Shown: positions 41,905 through 55,719 of the stretch, in pieces
How positions within the stretch are numbered: position 1 is the stretch's first letter
Layout: each line of letters starts with the position of its first letter
Assembly (NCBI GenBank): GCA_951406725.2
Contig: OX597815.1
Coordinates: 100,254,001-100,318,000 of the forward strand
DNA: 64,000 nucleotides
Direction of reading: 5' to 3'
Source: Octopus vulgaris
Taxonomy: Eukaryota
Position numbers and translations under genes: made by a program
The notes under the pieces: generated by a model
Database searches by the model: none
Told to the model about the DNA's origin: nothing
Seen by the model: the letters and a program-made list of their open reading frames with translations, nothing else

Positions 41905-42303
41905 CGTCCTAACTGTGGTACCTGCCCCTTCCTACTTGAAGGTTCTGAATTTACTTTCAAACAAGGAACAAAGTTTAAAATCAAGACCAACTTCTCCTGT
42001 TCCTCCGAGAACCTCATCTGCATTCTCACATGCGCCGGTTGCCAACACAATTATGTAGGACAAACGAGCCTTCTTTTACGTAGAAAAGTAGCGGTCCATA
42101 AAGAACAGATACATCTCCCACAATACCGTCAAATTCCACTAAGTAGCCACATAGACTCTTGCGCTAGAGGCAAAAATCCTAAATTTCACATATTCCCTTT
42201 CTACCAATGTAAAGACGGAATCCCTACACAAGAAAGAATCAACAAGGAGAATCTTTTTATTGAAAAATTCCAAACGCATCTTAATATGCAAACTCCACGA
42301 TGA
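41905..42303 (+). pseudogene. Second PLE GIY-YIG endonuclease domain (132 open codons, no start)
   Basis: Manual translation gives RPNCGTCPFLLEGSEFTFKQG...NLICILTCAGCQHNYVGQT...ERINKENLFIEKFQTHLNMQTPR*, clearly homologous to 38568-38970. Confidence 0.9.
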
Positions 42304-43794
42304 CCATACTCCTTTTTCTAGCATCCTATCTTACAAAAAATTGATATAAGCATCCTATTTGACAAAAAATCCATCATTCCAATTGAAGAGCATAACATCC
42401 ACAGAGTTGTCTCCCCTTACTCACAGGAACTGGATAACTCCTATCCCATTTCCTGTTTTGACACTCTTTTACCAAACACTTTAAACTAAGCACCACTTTT
42501 AATCACATGGATCTTAATCCTCCAAAGAAATTTTTCCAAGGACTATTATTGAACTCTAAAAGCATAAAGACTCTACAATGTATCGGTTTACTTATTTATT
42601 AATTTTTGTATATATTTATTATTATTTTTTGAAAAAACATTGTAAATTTCTTTTTTGCTCTTCCTCAATTTTCTAGTAATTGAACCCGAAACCATGTGGT
42701 TGGGAAGCAAGCTTCTTACTACACCTGCGTCTATATATATGTGTGTGTGTGTTTATAAATATAAATATAAGAAAGTGAAACTCAATGACTAATATTTTTA
42801 AAGCAGGTACGTAAAACGGTATGAGCGTACGTATCGTTTATAAGTGACATGTGCGTGTGTGTGTATGTGTGTGTGTGTATATGATAAATGTGTGTATGAG
42901 ATAGAGGTTGTGTAAATTGCAGGTCAGGTGAGAGGGTTGACGAGTCGATCTGACAGAAGCACGTACACTTTTTGTGCAGCCACATACACCCACACACCCA
43001 CACTTACTTACACACACACGCGCGCACTCACAAACACCCCATAGATGTACATATCCTCCCCCCAAACATACATGCACAGTCACTCGCACAAATACTCATA
43101 CTCCATATACACATGGCATGCACATGCGCAAAGTGACATGCATAAATGTCATATGCACAAAAAACACACACGCAAACATGAAGATGACACTAATTTCTTT
43201 AAACATTTACCTCCTTTGCCAATAAACACCATCGCCATCATCATAATCATCACCATTATCAATATCATCATCGTCGTCATCATCATCATCATCATCATCA
43301 CCATCATCATGATCAACGCCGTTATTGCCGTCGTCGTTGTCCCCATCATCATCGTCGTCGTCGTCATCATCATAGTTAACATCACCATCCTCATCATCAT
43401 CAACAGCAGCAGCAGCATCATCATCATTATCACCACTACCCACCTCCATAAGCACCATCATCACTATCACAACCTCCACTGATATTGCCACCACCACCAC
43501 TACCATCACAAATGCCACCAAAAACATCGCCACCGCTTCAACTATCATCACTACCACTACCATCATTATCACCACTACTGTTTCCACTATCAGAACGACT
43601 CCCACCTCTACCACCTTCATCATCACCATCACTTTTATATCACTATTGTCACCATCACTTTCACTTCTACCAACGCCATCACCACAACTACCATTTTCCC
43701 CCTCTAACACTCCTACTACCACTACAACTACTTCCCCTCTTCTGCCCCACTGGCACTCTCTTCTGCCCCACTGGCACCCATTTGTAGAGATACC

Positions 43795-44026
43795 TATTTC
43801 TTTACTACCCACAAGGGGCTAAACACAGAGAGGACAAACAAGGACAGACAAAGGGATTAAGTCGATTACATCGACCCCAGTGCGTAACTGGTACTTATTT
43901 AATCGACCCCGAAAGGAATAAAAGGCAAAGTCGACCTCGGCGGAATTTGAACTCAGAACGTAACGGCAGACGAAATACGGCTACGCATTTAGCCCGGCGT
44001 GCTAACGTTTCTGCCAGCAAGCCGCC
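43795..44026 (-). mobile_element. Young family-A SINE
   Basis: Full head and tail. TSD-like ATTTGTAGA(G/A)ATACC at 43780-43794 and 44029-44043. Confidence 0.9.
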
Positions 44027-44270
44027 TTATTTGTAGAAATACCGTGTGCGCATGCGTGAGTATCGACAGTTACAAAGAGAGGAGAGTATAAAGCCATTAG
44101 ATCGAGAGTGAATATACTCTAAAACCGCTATAATTACACCGCAAGTAGTCATCACTACTCCAGTATCATGAGCCCCACCACCACCACAATCCTCAATTAT
44201 TGACACTACTACTGCTTCTACTACCACTACAACTAATAAAAATAATAGTAATAATAACAATAATAATAAT

Positions 44271-44482
44271 TCTTTCGAGGATGGGCACAAGGTCTGGAAT
44301 TTGTGGGGAGGGGACTACTCGATTACATCTATCCCAGTGCGTAACTGGTCCTTATTTCATCGTCCCCGAAAGGATGAAAGGCAAAGTTGACCTCGGCGAA
44401 ATTTGAACTCAGAACGTAGCGGTGGGCGAAATACCGCTAACCATTTCGCCCGACGTGCTAACGATTCTACCAGCTCGCCGCC
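44271..44482 (-). mobile_element. Family-A SINE flanked by (TAA)n
   Basis: Family-A body with the alternative tail. Confidence 0.88.
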
Positions 44483-44730
<248 letters not shown>

Positions 44731-44731
<1 letters not shown>

Positions 44732-45910
44732 TGACCAACAGACACTCACCTGTCTCCTGGTAAGAATCAGAATCGTGGTCCCCAACACACAGAAATGCAA
44801 AGGGGACAGACCCAACTTATGGGTAGTAAGAGTTGTGCAGTCTTGTTGACAATCTTTCTAGAGAACGTGTCTCGATAAAAATACTGGTTGGTGGTCAATT
44901 TTAAAACATACATCAATGTTGAGTGAAAATGTTTAATGCAAATGTATCAAATAATGATTTTAATGAGGCTGGAACCAAAGGTGAAAGCCTTTCACCTGGT
45001 TGAACAGAGAGAGCCAGGTCATCATCTAGAGACTGCTTGTACACAAAGCCAGAGACAAAGAAGAAGGTGATATAAGGAGGCAAACCGAACGGTAATTGAA
45101 TGCTGGATCAGGAGTGAACCCAGCAAAAAGGGATTCCGAGAACGAATGAAAGCAAAATGGAATGAGATAGGACTCTTCGAAACAAATGAACAACGGTTAG
45201 CCGACTAGGCAAGAGCAATAAGAGCAAAAGGAGTGGTTAACAGACACGGAAATAGAAGAGATAAAAGGGAAAGTAGAAATAATACTTCACCAACAGATAA
45301 CGTGTCCAGTGAGAACAGAAAAATGAAAGGTGGCAGTGAAGAAGTAGAGCAAAGTGTAAATGTAAATGCATTCTCAGCGAGAAAGTAATAGGAAGAGCTA
45401 TATCACAAGAATACAATGATGACCATCAATGCATAGTAAGGGTGCTGTGCCGATATATTTGAGAAAACCAGGATCAAGCACTCCCTAACCTGAGGTACAT
45501 TGATTGACGCAAACTCAAGATTGAAATCGAAAAGATAGATCCGGTTCTTGGGCTATTCCAGACGAGAAATATAACAGAAACTAACAAGATTATTTGGGCT
45601 ACAGCTATGGTTGCAGCAGATAGAGTTGGATACAAAAGAAAAGAACAAACAGAAGGTAAAGGACCATACTGGCGTAAACGAGTTTGTGAGAAACAAAATT
45701 TAAAAAATATTGATCATGGATTGATAGATTGAGAAGAGGGGAATTGCAGGACGAAAGCATAACAATAATACTGGAAAGAACAAATAGAATAAGTGATAAA
45801 GGTTATGATGTGATATTGAAAGAATTGAAACAAAGAGTAGTAGCAATCAAAACAAAACTGGAAAGATATGACAACAGAAAAAGACAGTTCAGGCAAAACA
45901 GATTGTTTAT
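44731..45910 (+). mobile_element. 5' portion (leader + N-terminal ORF) of an R4/Dong-like LINE at a (TAA)n site
   Basis: VIECWIRSEPSKKGFRERMKAKW...NEQRLAD*ARAIR and ELKQRVVAIKTKLERYDNRKRQFRQNRLF match recalled R4/Dong N-terminal motifs. It starts right after (TAA)n, the known Dong target. Confidence 0.8.
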
Positions 45911-45996
45911 ATATTGTTATATCTAGAAACATACAATATATTATGAAAATAATGATATATATACATAATACATACATACATGTATATGGGTGCGGC

Positions 45997-46031
45997 TGTA
46001 TGCATATATGCGTTTATAACTCCGACTCTGC

Positions 46032-46099
<68 letters not shown>

Positions 46100-46864
46100 C
46101 ATATATATGCGTGCGTGTATGTGTGGGTGTACGCGCGTGCGCGTGTGTGTATAATATCACTAATCATAAGGCGAAAACATGATCGACAAAAGCGATTTCC
46201 CTAAATAACTGGTACCAAACTTAACGACCTTGGGTCGATGGGGACAGAAACGAGCTCGGTTGACACCAACGGGATTTTGAACTAAGAACCTAAACACATG
46301 CTGAGAGTCATTTTGTCCGTTTCTGTAAATTTACCACGCCCTCACGCATTTAATATTGATCTTCATCAATTTTGTTTGTATGAAATATTTTAAAAGACGT
46401 CAAAGGTACTTTTGGAATAAGAGGGGGTGCATAAAACACTTTTACGTGCTGTAATATGAAGCTGCAACAAGGGAAGAGCTTCGACCTCTAAATAAATATT
46501 TTGTTTGCCGTAGTATATGCGTGGGGGTGTATGCATATATGCATGAGGGTATAACCCGACTCTGCCACTATATATATATATATATATATATATAAAGCGA
46601 TTCCCCTAAATAACTGGTACCAAACTTAACGACCTTGGGTCGATGGGGACAGAAATGAGCTCGGTTGACACCAACGGGATTTTGAACTAAGAACCTAAAC
46701 ACATGCTGAGAGTCATTTTGTCCGTTTCTGTAAATTTACCACGCCCTCACGCATTTAATATTGATCTTCATCAATTTTGTTTGTATGAAATATTTTAAAA
46801 GACGTCAAAGGTACTTTTGGAATAAGAGGGGAGGGTGCATAAAACACTTTTACGTGCTGTAATA
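45997..46864. repeat. Recent tandem duplication (45997-46456 / 46528-46864)
   Basis: About 270 bp (AAAGCGATT...ACGTGCTGTAATA) are near-identical in both copies, preceded by CCGACTCTGCCAC(TA)n. Confidence 0.95.
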
Positions 46865-46913
46865 CGTACGTACATACATACATACATACATACATACATA
46901 CATACATACACAG

Positions 46914-46962
<49 letters not shown>

Positions 46963-47221
46963 CGTTTGTGTGTGTATTTATTATGATAAATTATGCCTCA
47001 CTCCTAACGCTAGAAAGAAAGCAGGTGAGGTGGAAATTCAAGAAAGAAAAGGCAGACATGAAATAGGGAGGGAGCGACATTGAATATATATGTGTGTGTG
47101 TATGTGTGTGTGTGTGTGCATATACATATATATATATATATACATATATGTATATACACATATATACATGCATATATACATACACATATACATATATGTT
47201 TGTGTATATATGCATATATGT

Positions 47222-47266
<45 letters not shown>

Positions 47267-47326
47267 TACATATTTATATGTATATATATATATGTGTGTG
47301 TGTATATATATACATATATATACATG

Positions 47327-47371
<45 letters not shown>

Positions 47372-47609
47372 GCATATATATATAGATGCATGTATGCATA
47401 TTTGTATATGCATATACATGTATACACAGAGGCACATATGTGTAAAATCAGCGTACACACATGCTAATATTCATACAACACATATGTATGTACATATGAT
47501 ATACAAATACTCATACATTTATATGCTTTTACATATATATATATATATGTATGTATATATATATGTATGTGTATATATATATGTGTGTGTATGTGTATAT
47601 ATATATATG

Positions 47610-47688
<79 letters not shown>

Positions 47689-47692
47689 ATAT

Positions 47693-47743
<51 letters not shown>

Positions 47744-48373
47744 AACATAATTGCACAGACATATATGTCGGCTCTTTTATCGTTGCATCTCATCAACAGT
47801 TGCAATAACATGTAAAAGAGGAGAGGTTTATTTTTCATTGTGGTTTTTCTCTAGGGATATTTTTTTTAGAAAAAAAGTTTTTTTCCTATTTTTGTAATTT
47901 TTTTTATTTGTTTTTGTATTTGTTGATTTTATTGTTGTTGTTTGTTTGCTTTTCGGTGTTTTTTTTCTTTTTCTTTTTTTTTTTCGCAATGAACTCACTG
48001 ACACAAACGTGAGCCATGAACCGAGGGATAACTTCCAAAATAGCAGCTACCCGCAGCTTTTGTTTTTATCCTACCAGGTTTCCGAACGGTGCATAAAATA
48101 AAAGAGAAATAATAAAATATAATGTGTGCATTCTAGACACATATTATATACACATATTTGTCAGTAGATTATTCTGAGAGAGTATCGTGAAAGGATTGGG
48201 ATGACATTCGTGATAGTAATGTGTGTAAATGAGTGTGTGAATGTATGGAAATGCATGTGTGTATATGTATATGTGATGAAATTTGTGTTTATAAATATCA
48301 ATAAACGTAGAAATGTGTTTACGTGTGATTATGACATATGGTGAATGCGTATACGCGTGAATCAGAGAACGAA

Positions 48374-48404
<31 letters not shown>

Positions 48405-48557
48405 TGGGGGAGAGACTGGTGTCTGTTTATATGAGTGTATGTTTGTGTCTCAGTAAATCTTTTAATAATCATATATATGTGTGAGTGTGCAATTGTGTGT
48501 GTTTATATATGTGTAGATAGATAGACATCAACTGATAGATAGATAGATATAGATATA

Positions 48558-48590
<33 letters not shown>

Positions 48591-48725
48591 GTATATACAT
48601 ATATATATGTGTATATATATGTACATATATATATATATGTATATGTGTATATATATATACTTATTAACACACATATATATTATTAACACATATATATATA
48701 TATACATATATATATATGTATATAT

Positions 48726-48801
<76 letters not shown>

Positions 48802-49673
48802 GTATGTATATATATATACATATACAAAGACACGTATTCATACATGTATGCGTTTGTGTGTGTGTATGTTTGTATGTATGAATATATGTATATGCGTATG
48901 TGTGTGTGTATGCATGTATGTACGTATTTACGTACGTATGCCTGTATATACATGTTAGAATTTGTGAGTGTTTGTGTATGAATATATAGCTTAGTCAATG
49001 AGTATACACGTGGGTGTATTTTTGTGTAAGTCTGTGTATATGAGAGAAACTGAATGTGAATGTGCTTGTCTGAGTATATATCATTCGTACTAAAAAAGTT
49101 TAAGCGCCTAAGTGTGCAAGGTGTTTGTGTGTGTATGCGTGCTTGTGTGTGTGTGTGTGTTAATAAGTATGTTCCTGGATATTTATCTTGTTAAATGTAG
49201 TTAACTACACGTGTCTGACTATGCATTTGTGAATGTGTATGAGTGTGTGTCTAAGTAGATTTGTCTGTGTAAATACGACGCTTATGAAAATTTGTATAAA
49301 CATATATGTATATATGTGTATACGTGTATGTGTTGTGTATGTTTCTAAACGTGTGTGTGTGAATATATAAATGTGTCTTGCTAAATGCCAAATTGTCCTC
49401 CATGTTTGCGTTTAGTGTAAATTCTCTTTTCGTGTTGTTGCCTCGAAGCCAAGAATCTATAATTTGGTATTTAAGTTTCCAGAAGTTTAGCCACAGAATC
49501 TCAATATTCAGGTACAAAATATTTAACTTTTAAGCGTAGTAAATTTAACTGCAATATTCAGTTTAACAGTAGGAATATTGAACAGTTCATATAAAATAGT
49601 GCTTTGACTAAACTCACACAAGTTCAATATTGCATAGAGAACAAACACAATATGTGTGTATATATATATATAT

Positions 49674-49905
<232 letters not shown>

Positions 49906-49935
49906 TTATATTATATTATATTAATAAATATATAC

Positions 49936-50094
49936 ATAATTATAACAAGAGATTGGCAAACAGGCCTTTCCAAACGCTGAAAATAGACGTCAAATGGCAT
50001 TAAAACCACCTTAAAAACTCTGAAAACACAGGTTGCCGTCAAGCAAAAGAAAAATAACAAAGAGGCATTTTTGCGAATCCCTTGTTATAATTAT
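49936..50094. repeat. Inverted repeat, 25-bp arms
   Basis: 49936-49960 vs 50070-50094, 23 of 25 bases complementary. Confidence 0.85.
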
Positions 50095-50197
50095 ATAATT
50101 ATGTATATAATTATTAATACAATATTTGAAAAAAATTACCTATAACGCTTTTATTTTCGTGCTGATCTGATAAAATCAAGAATGATTTTATCCTTTA

Positions 50198-50270
<73 letters not shown>

Positions 50271-50307
50271 TATATACATATATATAAATATATATACAGA
50301 TATATAC

Positions 50308-50573
50308 ATAAAATATAAATTAGAAATAAAACCACTATTATGCAACTCAAACAGTGATAGACATAAACCAATACATAAATAACAAAGAATACATATTTTT
50401 ATAAAACATATAACTTATAACTAGATCTCAAAAAGTATAAAATGAATGATAATTATATATTATAATAAGTAAAAACACTACGTACGTTTCATGGCTGCAA
50501 TTAAATGTATTTGTTTACGTCTATCACTGTTTGAGTTGCATAATAGTGGTTTTATCTCTAATTTATATTTTAT
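50308..50573. repeat. Inverted repeat, 69-bp arms, enclosing a half-hammerhead
   Basis: 50308-50376 vs 50505-50573 (3 mismatches). The minus-strand spacer contains GAAA-CGTACG-TA. Confidence 0.9.
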
Positions 50574-50662
50574 ATATTTATACTGTGAGATTTGATTTAA
50601 TACTAAATTGAATTTTTCCCTGTGAGTTTGGAGTTATACTCCCTAATATTATTATCATATGT

Positions 50663-50731
<69 letters not shown>

Positions 50732-51272
50732 TTGAACAGACACACATATCACTACATAAACATACGTTAATATATACATACACATATACACACACGCAAG
50801 CACGTCTACACAATTACATACCTAAATACTCACATACATACATATATACACGCGTATAGGCGTATACGCATGCATACGCATGTACACATGTATACGTACA
50901 TGCATACATGCACATATACATACACATACATAAATACATACATACATACATATATATCATGAACTAACTCTTACTTTCTCAGTTGCAGCACGAAGTTTTG
51001 TCAGTGAACAAGTCGCGGTTTCAAAGCGACGAAACTGTTTTGACACAAACTAAATTTAAATGTTGAAGTGAATCTAACGGGTTTTTTGTCTGTTTTTAAA
51101 TGGCTTATAAACACCGTTCACGCTGCAATTGTTTTATATGCATATAAAATTATTCGGTAGCCATGAGTAATTGTCACATATTATATTTACATATAAATTG
51201 TTCTAAATAATATCGAGGTCTCTTTCATTCTTTTGTTGCCTTACCATTTCTATCAATATATATATATATATA

Positions 51273-52092
51273 TAAGAAGAAATAAGGTACTCAGAAATCT
51301 GAATGGTTTTATTTTTTACAGATTTTTATTAATGTCACATGTTTTTATAAGTCATATATCAGCGCTTGCATCTACTCTAGTAGACTCTTCAGATTTGAAT
51401 GTGCTTGAGATGATTCCTCTCCTTTTATACTATTATTAAGTGTGTAGGGTAGGGAGAGATATAGGTTAGTAAAAGAGGGTGAGGGATGGGGAGAAAGTGA
51501 GAGGGAGTGTGTGTGTCTGTGTCTATGTATCTGAAGGTGTGTCAATAGAAAAGAGAAAGAAAGAAAGTAAGAAAGAAGGAAGAGAGAAAGAAGAAAACAA
51601 TTGTTTACATCTTTACAGCTGGTCAGTTCTTTCAATAGAAAGTTCTTCTTGGCTTTTAAAAATGGTAAAACCAGGTAGCTACACACGCACACTGTACTAT
51701 ACATATGTACATATACATACATAGAAACAATCTTGCATCCAGATTTTCCAACCCATACCAGCACGAGGAATCAAACATTGGACATGGATGATGATGATGA
51801 TAACAAATCCAGACAATTTTTTGAAAAATAAATTTCATTAACCAACTTGTTATCTTCTATTGAAAGAACTGAAAAGCTGTATAGATGTAAACACAATTTT
51901 TTCTTCTATCAAGACGCCCCTTAGAGTAGTCACCAGGTTTTGCCATTTTTAAAGGCCAAGAATCAACTCATCACTTTCTATTGAAAGAACTGACCAGCTG
52001 TAAAGATGTAAACACATTTTTTCTTCTATCTCTCTTCCTTCTTTCTTCTCTTCTCTTTTCAATTGACCACTCCTTTCAGATACACAGGCACA

Positions 52093-52130
<38 letters not shown>

Positions 52131-52619
52131 GAGAGAAACACACACTCTCTCTCACTGGACAATGATCATGATGATGATAATAAATCCAGAAAATTTTTTG
52201 AAAAATAACTTTTATCAAGACCCCACTCAGAGTAGCCACCTGGTTTTACCATTTTTAAAGACAAAGAATAACTTTCTATTGAAAGAACTGACTAGCTGTA
52301 AAGATGTAAACAATTTTTTTCTTCTTTCTCTCTTCCTTCTTTCTTTCCTTCTCTTTTCTATTGACACTCTTTTCAGATACAGAGACACACACACACTCTC
52401 ACTTTCTCCCATTCCTGACCCACTTTTACTATCCTATATCTCTCCCAACCCCTTCACGCTCAATAATACTATAAAAAGAGAAGAATCATCTCAAACACAT
52501 TCAAATCTGAAGAGTCTACTAGAGTAGATGCAAGCGCTGATATATGATTTATAAAAACATGTGACATATTATAAAAATCTGTAAATATAAAACCATTCAG
52601 ATTTCTAGTATTTCTTCTA
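51273..52619. mobile_element. Non-coding PLE-like element: ~400-bp inverted arms plus internal partial tandem repeats, each arm with a hammerhead-like motif
   Basis: 51273-51681 is the diverged reverse complement of 52232-52619. CTATTGAAAGAACTGA..AGCTGTA.AGATGTAAAC recurs at about 51857, 51978 and 52275. Motif CTGAAGA-GTCTAC-TAGA-GTAGAT-GCAA-GCGC-TG at 52507-52539 (+) and 51360-51392 (-). Confidence 0.8.
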
Positions 52620-52688
52620 ATATATAATACCTGTACATCACCCCCAAAATATATATATATATATATATATATTTATACATGTATATTT

Positions 52689-52734
<46 letters not shown>

Positions 52735-52736
<2 letters not shown>

Positions 52737-53121
52737 TTTTTTCCTTTATTCATTTATTTGTTCCAGTCATTTGACTGCGGTCATGCTGGACCACCGCCTT
52801 TAGTCGAACAAATCGACCCCAGGACTTATTCTTTGTAAGCCTAGTACTTATTCTATCGGCACCATGGGCAAGTGTCTTTTACTATAGCCTCAGGCCGACC
52901 AAAGCCTTGTGAGTGGATTTGGTAGACGGAAACTGAAAGAAGCCTGTCTAATATATATATATAAAACGGGCTTCTTTCAGTTTCTTCTACCACTCCATTC
53001 ACAAGGCTTTGGTGGCCCGAGGCTCTAGTAGAAGACACTTGCCCATGGTGCCATGTAGTGGGACTGAACCCTGCACCATGTGGCTGATAAACAGGCTACT
53101 TACCACACAGCCACTCATGCA

Positions 53122-53183
<62 letters not shown>

Positions 53184-53800
53184 TACATATATACACACAC
53201 ACACATACATATGTGTGTGTGTGTAGGCGCAAAGGCCCAGCGGTTGTAGGATCTCGGTTTCGATTCCCAGACCGGGTGTGGAGAGCGTTTATTGAGCGAA
53301 AACACCTAAAGCATCACGAAGCTAGGGGAGGGGTGGCGAACCCTGCTCTACTCTTTCACCGCAACTTTCTCTCACTCTTTCTTGCTATTTCTGTTGTACA
53401 TGTATTTCAAAGGGTCAGACTTGTCACACTGTGTAACGCTGAATTTCCCCGAGGACTACATTTAGGGTACACTTACACGTTAATTTCACGAGCAGGCTGT
53501 TCCGTTGATCGAATCAACTGGAACCCTCGTCGTCGTAACTGACGGAATGCCACAATATATATATTCTGCTATAGCCTCGGGCCGACCAAAGTCTTGCAAA
53601 TGGATTTGGTAGACGCAAACCGAAAGAAGCCCATCGAATATATATTTGTGTGCGTGTGTGTGTATGTGTGTGTGTGCGTGTGTGTGTGCATGTTTTCCCC
53701 CCACCATCGCTTGAGAACCAACGTTGATGTGTTCACATCCCCGTAACTTAGCGGTTCGGCAAAAGAGTCTGGTAGGATAAGTACTAGGCTTACTAAGAAG
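52735..53800. mobile_element. Pile-up of SINEs: rearranged family-B pieces in both orientations, a family-C-headed SINE (53225-53553) and a truncated family-B copy (53565-53800)
   Basis: Direct matches to the copies at 23791-24229, 31311 and 4150-4316. Confidence 0.8.
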
Positions 53801-55295
53801 GGTCGTACGATGTTTACAAGATACTCCCAGCTCCAAACGGTTATTCAACAGATTTGTATTACTCTGATGTTTCAAAATTTCATAAGTTTCCATAGAACAA
53901 AGTTGACAACCATCCCTCCGAACGTTTAAATACTTGAAATAATAATTTTGTGAATATTCCTATATTTTTCAAATTTTAATTCTTTATAACCAAATAAGAA
54001 GGAATATACCATGCTAGCTTTCAATTTAACATTTATAGATGACTAAAATAACTTCACTGCAAACTTAAAATTGAATTCTTCTTTTTTCTAAAATTAAACT
54101 GTGTGAATCTAAATAGTTGGAATCCTAAATAGTATGAATCCCAAATAGTAGGAATCCCAAATAGTAGGAATACTAAATAGTATGAATCTTATGTCCCTAA
54201 AGAAACTATTCAGTTCACCTTGATTATCTCACTTCCATTTCTTAATATATAATTAGTCTAAGATATCTTTACAAAATATATTTAACCAAATAGGAACGAA
54301 TATACCATACTGGTTTTAGTTTAATACCCATAAATGATTAAAAAACTTCATTGCAAACTTAGAATTAAATTCTTCTTTTTTATAATGTTCTCCAATACTA
54401 AGTAGTATTAATCCTATGTCCCTAGGGAAACTATTTGGTTCGTCTTGATTATCTCACTCCCATTTCTTAATATATAATTAACCTAAGATAGTTTTACCTA
54501 ACTAATTAACTTTTATCCGCAGGTAGTAAATTTTATTTCCAATAGATCCTATATTTTAATTCATTAATATCAACTCACTATCCATGAAATTTGAATAATT
54601 TACTCTTTTAAATTACCTCTCTTCATATTATAAAATATCACCTTCTACTAAACCTATGAATATCTTCCTTCTTTGATTTTTCCTCTTCCACCTTTCTTAG
54701 TATATATTTTGACCCCTAATATGTTCACTTGATTAATAAGGCTTTTTCCCCCATTTAATAAGTACTATGCCTACTCATAATAAGTGATAGTCTCTTTCTC
54801 CAAATTTGAATAAATTTTAGATTTATATTTTTTCCTTTATTCTAACGTGTCAAAGTACTTGGAACTTATAGACCAACTGTTTTGATGATATGCATATGGT
54901 TTGTAAGGTCTCTACATTCTCTGTGAATGTTATTATGACCATTTGACTTTGACCTAGTTCTCCTAACGCCAAATCTGTTCATCAAATAGTAGTAATTGGC
55001 ATTTAGTTGTGACAATGCTGTCTTCTACATAAATTCCTTATATGGGGCTATGACATTCCCTTTATCCCATTTCTATAATTAGAAAATATTTATTGTCTCC
55101 TTTCATTTGTTCTTCCCTCTCAGAACCTTACAGTAGTTTGGAACAACTGAATCTTAGTCAGTCAGTTGATGGGCTCCACTACCTCAAATGTTCTTAAAAT
55201 TTAAATCCACATCTTTGTCTATGTATCTACCTTCTCTATAATGTTGCCACTTGATATGAAAATTGTTGCATTAATGGAAAACCTCTATAATTGAC
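53800..55295 (-). mobile_element. Decayed retroelement-like block with internal diverged tandem duplication and 16-bp minisatellite
   Basis: 53988-54265 is similar to 54285-54490, and AAATAGTA(T/G)GAATCC-type units occupy 54105-54190. The block truncates a family-B SINE. Family unassigned. Confidence 0.4.
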
Positions 55296-55385
55296 TGATT
55301 AGTGCTCAGCATTTTAAAACTGTTAAAAATGATGTAGTACGAAACGATCTTACCAAATTACCGGAGTCATTCTTGTTGCTTATTT

Positions 55386-55441
<56 letters not shown>

Positions 55442-55719
55442 TCACACAAACACATGTTTTTATTAGCAGAATAGTTAGTACGTCGGACAAAAGGCATAGC
55501 GGCCATTTACTCCATCTATACATTCTGAGTTCAAATTCCGGTAACATAAGTACCGGTTGAGTACTTCCTTTACCGATTTAACCAACCTCAAAAATTTCAG
55601 GTCTTTATACGTGTAGTGAAAAAGATTTTTATCAGTCAACTATCGACGAAACTAACATTTATTTTCTGTGCAAAATCGCATCAGCTGGCAGCAAGTCCTC
55701 ACCGAACGGTTTTTATTTC

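Noticed and set aside
43045-43812. ORFs with poly-Asp, poly-Ile and Pro/Thr-rich tracts
   Set aside because: Decayed (CAT)n/(CAC)n trinucleotide repeats, with no splice or domain evidence.
44731-44830. HDV-like or twister ribozyme assignment for the LINE leader
   Set aside because: The P1/P1.1/P2/P3 order could not be satisfied and no twister consensus was found. It is kept only as an unassigned structure.
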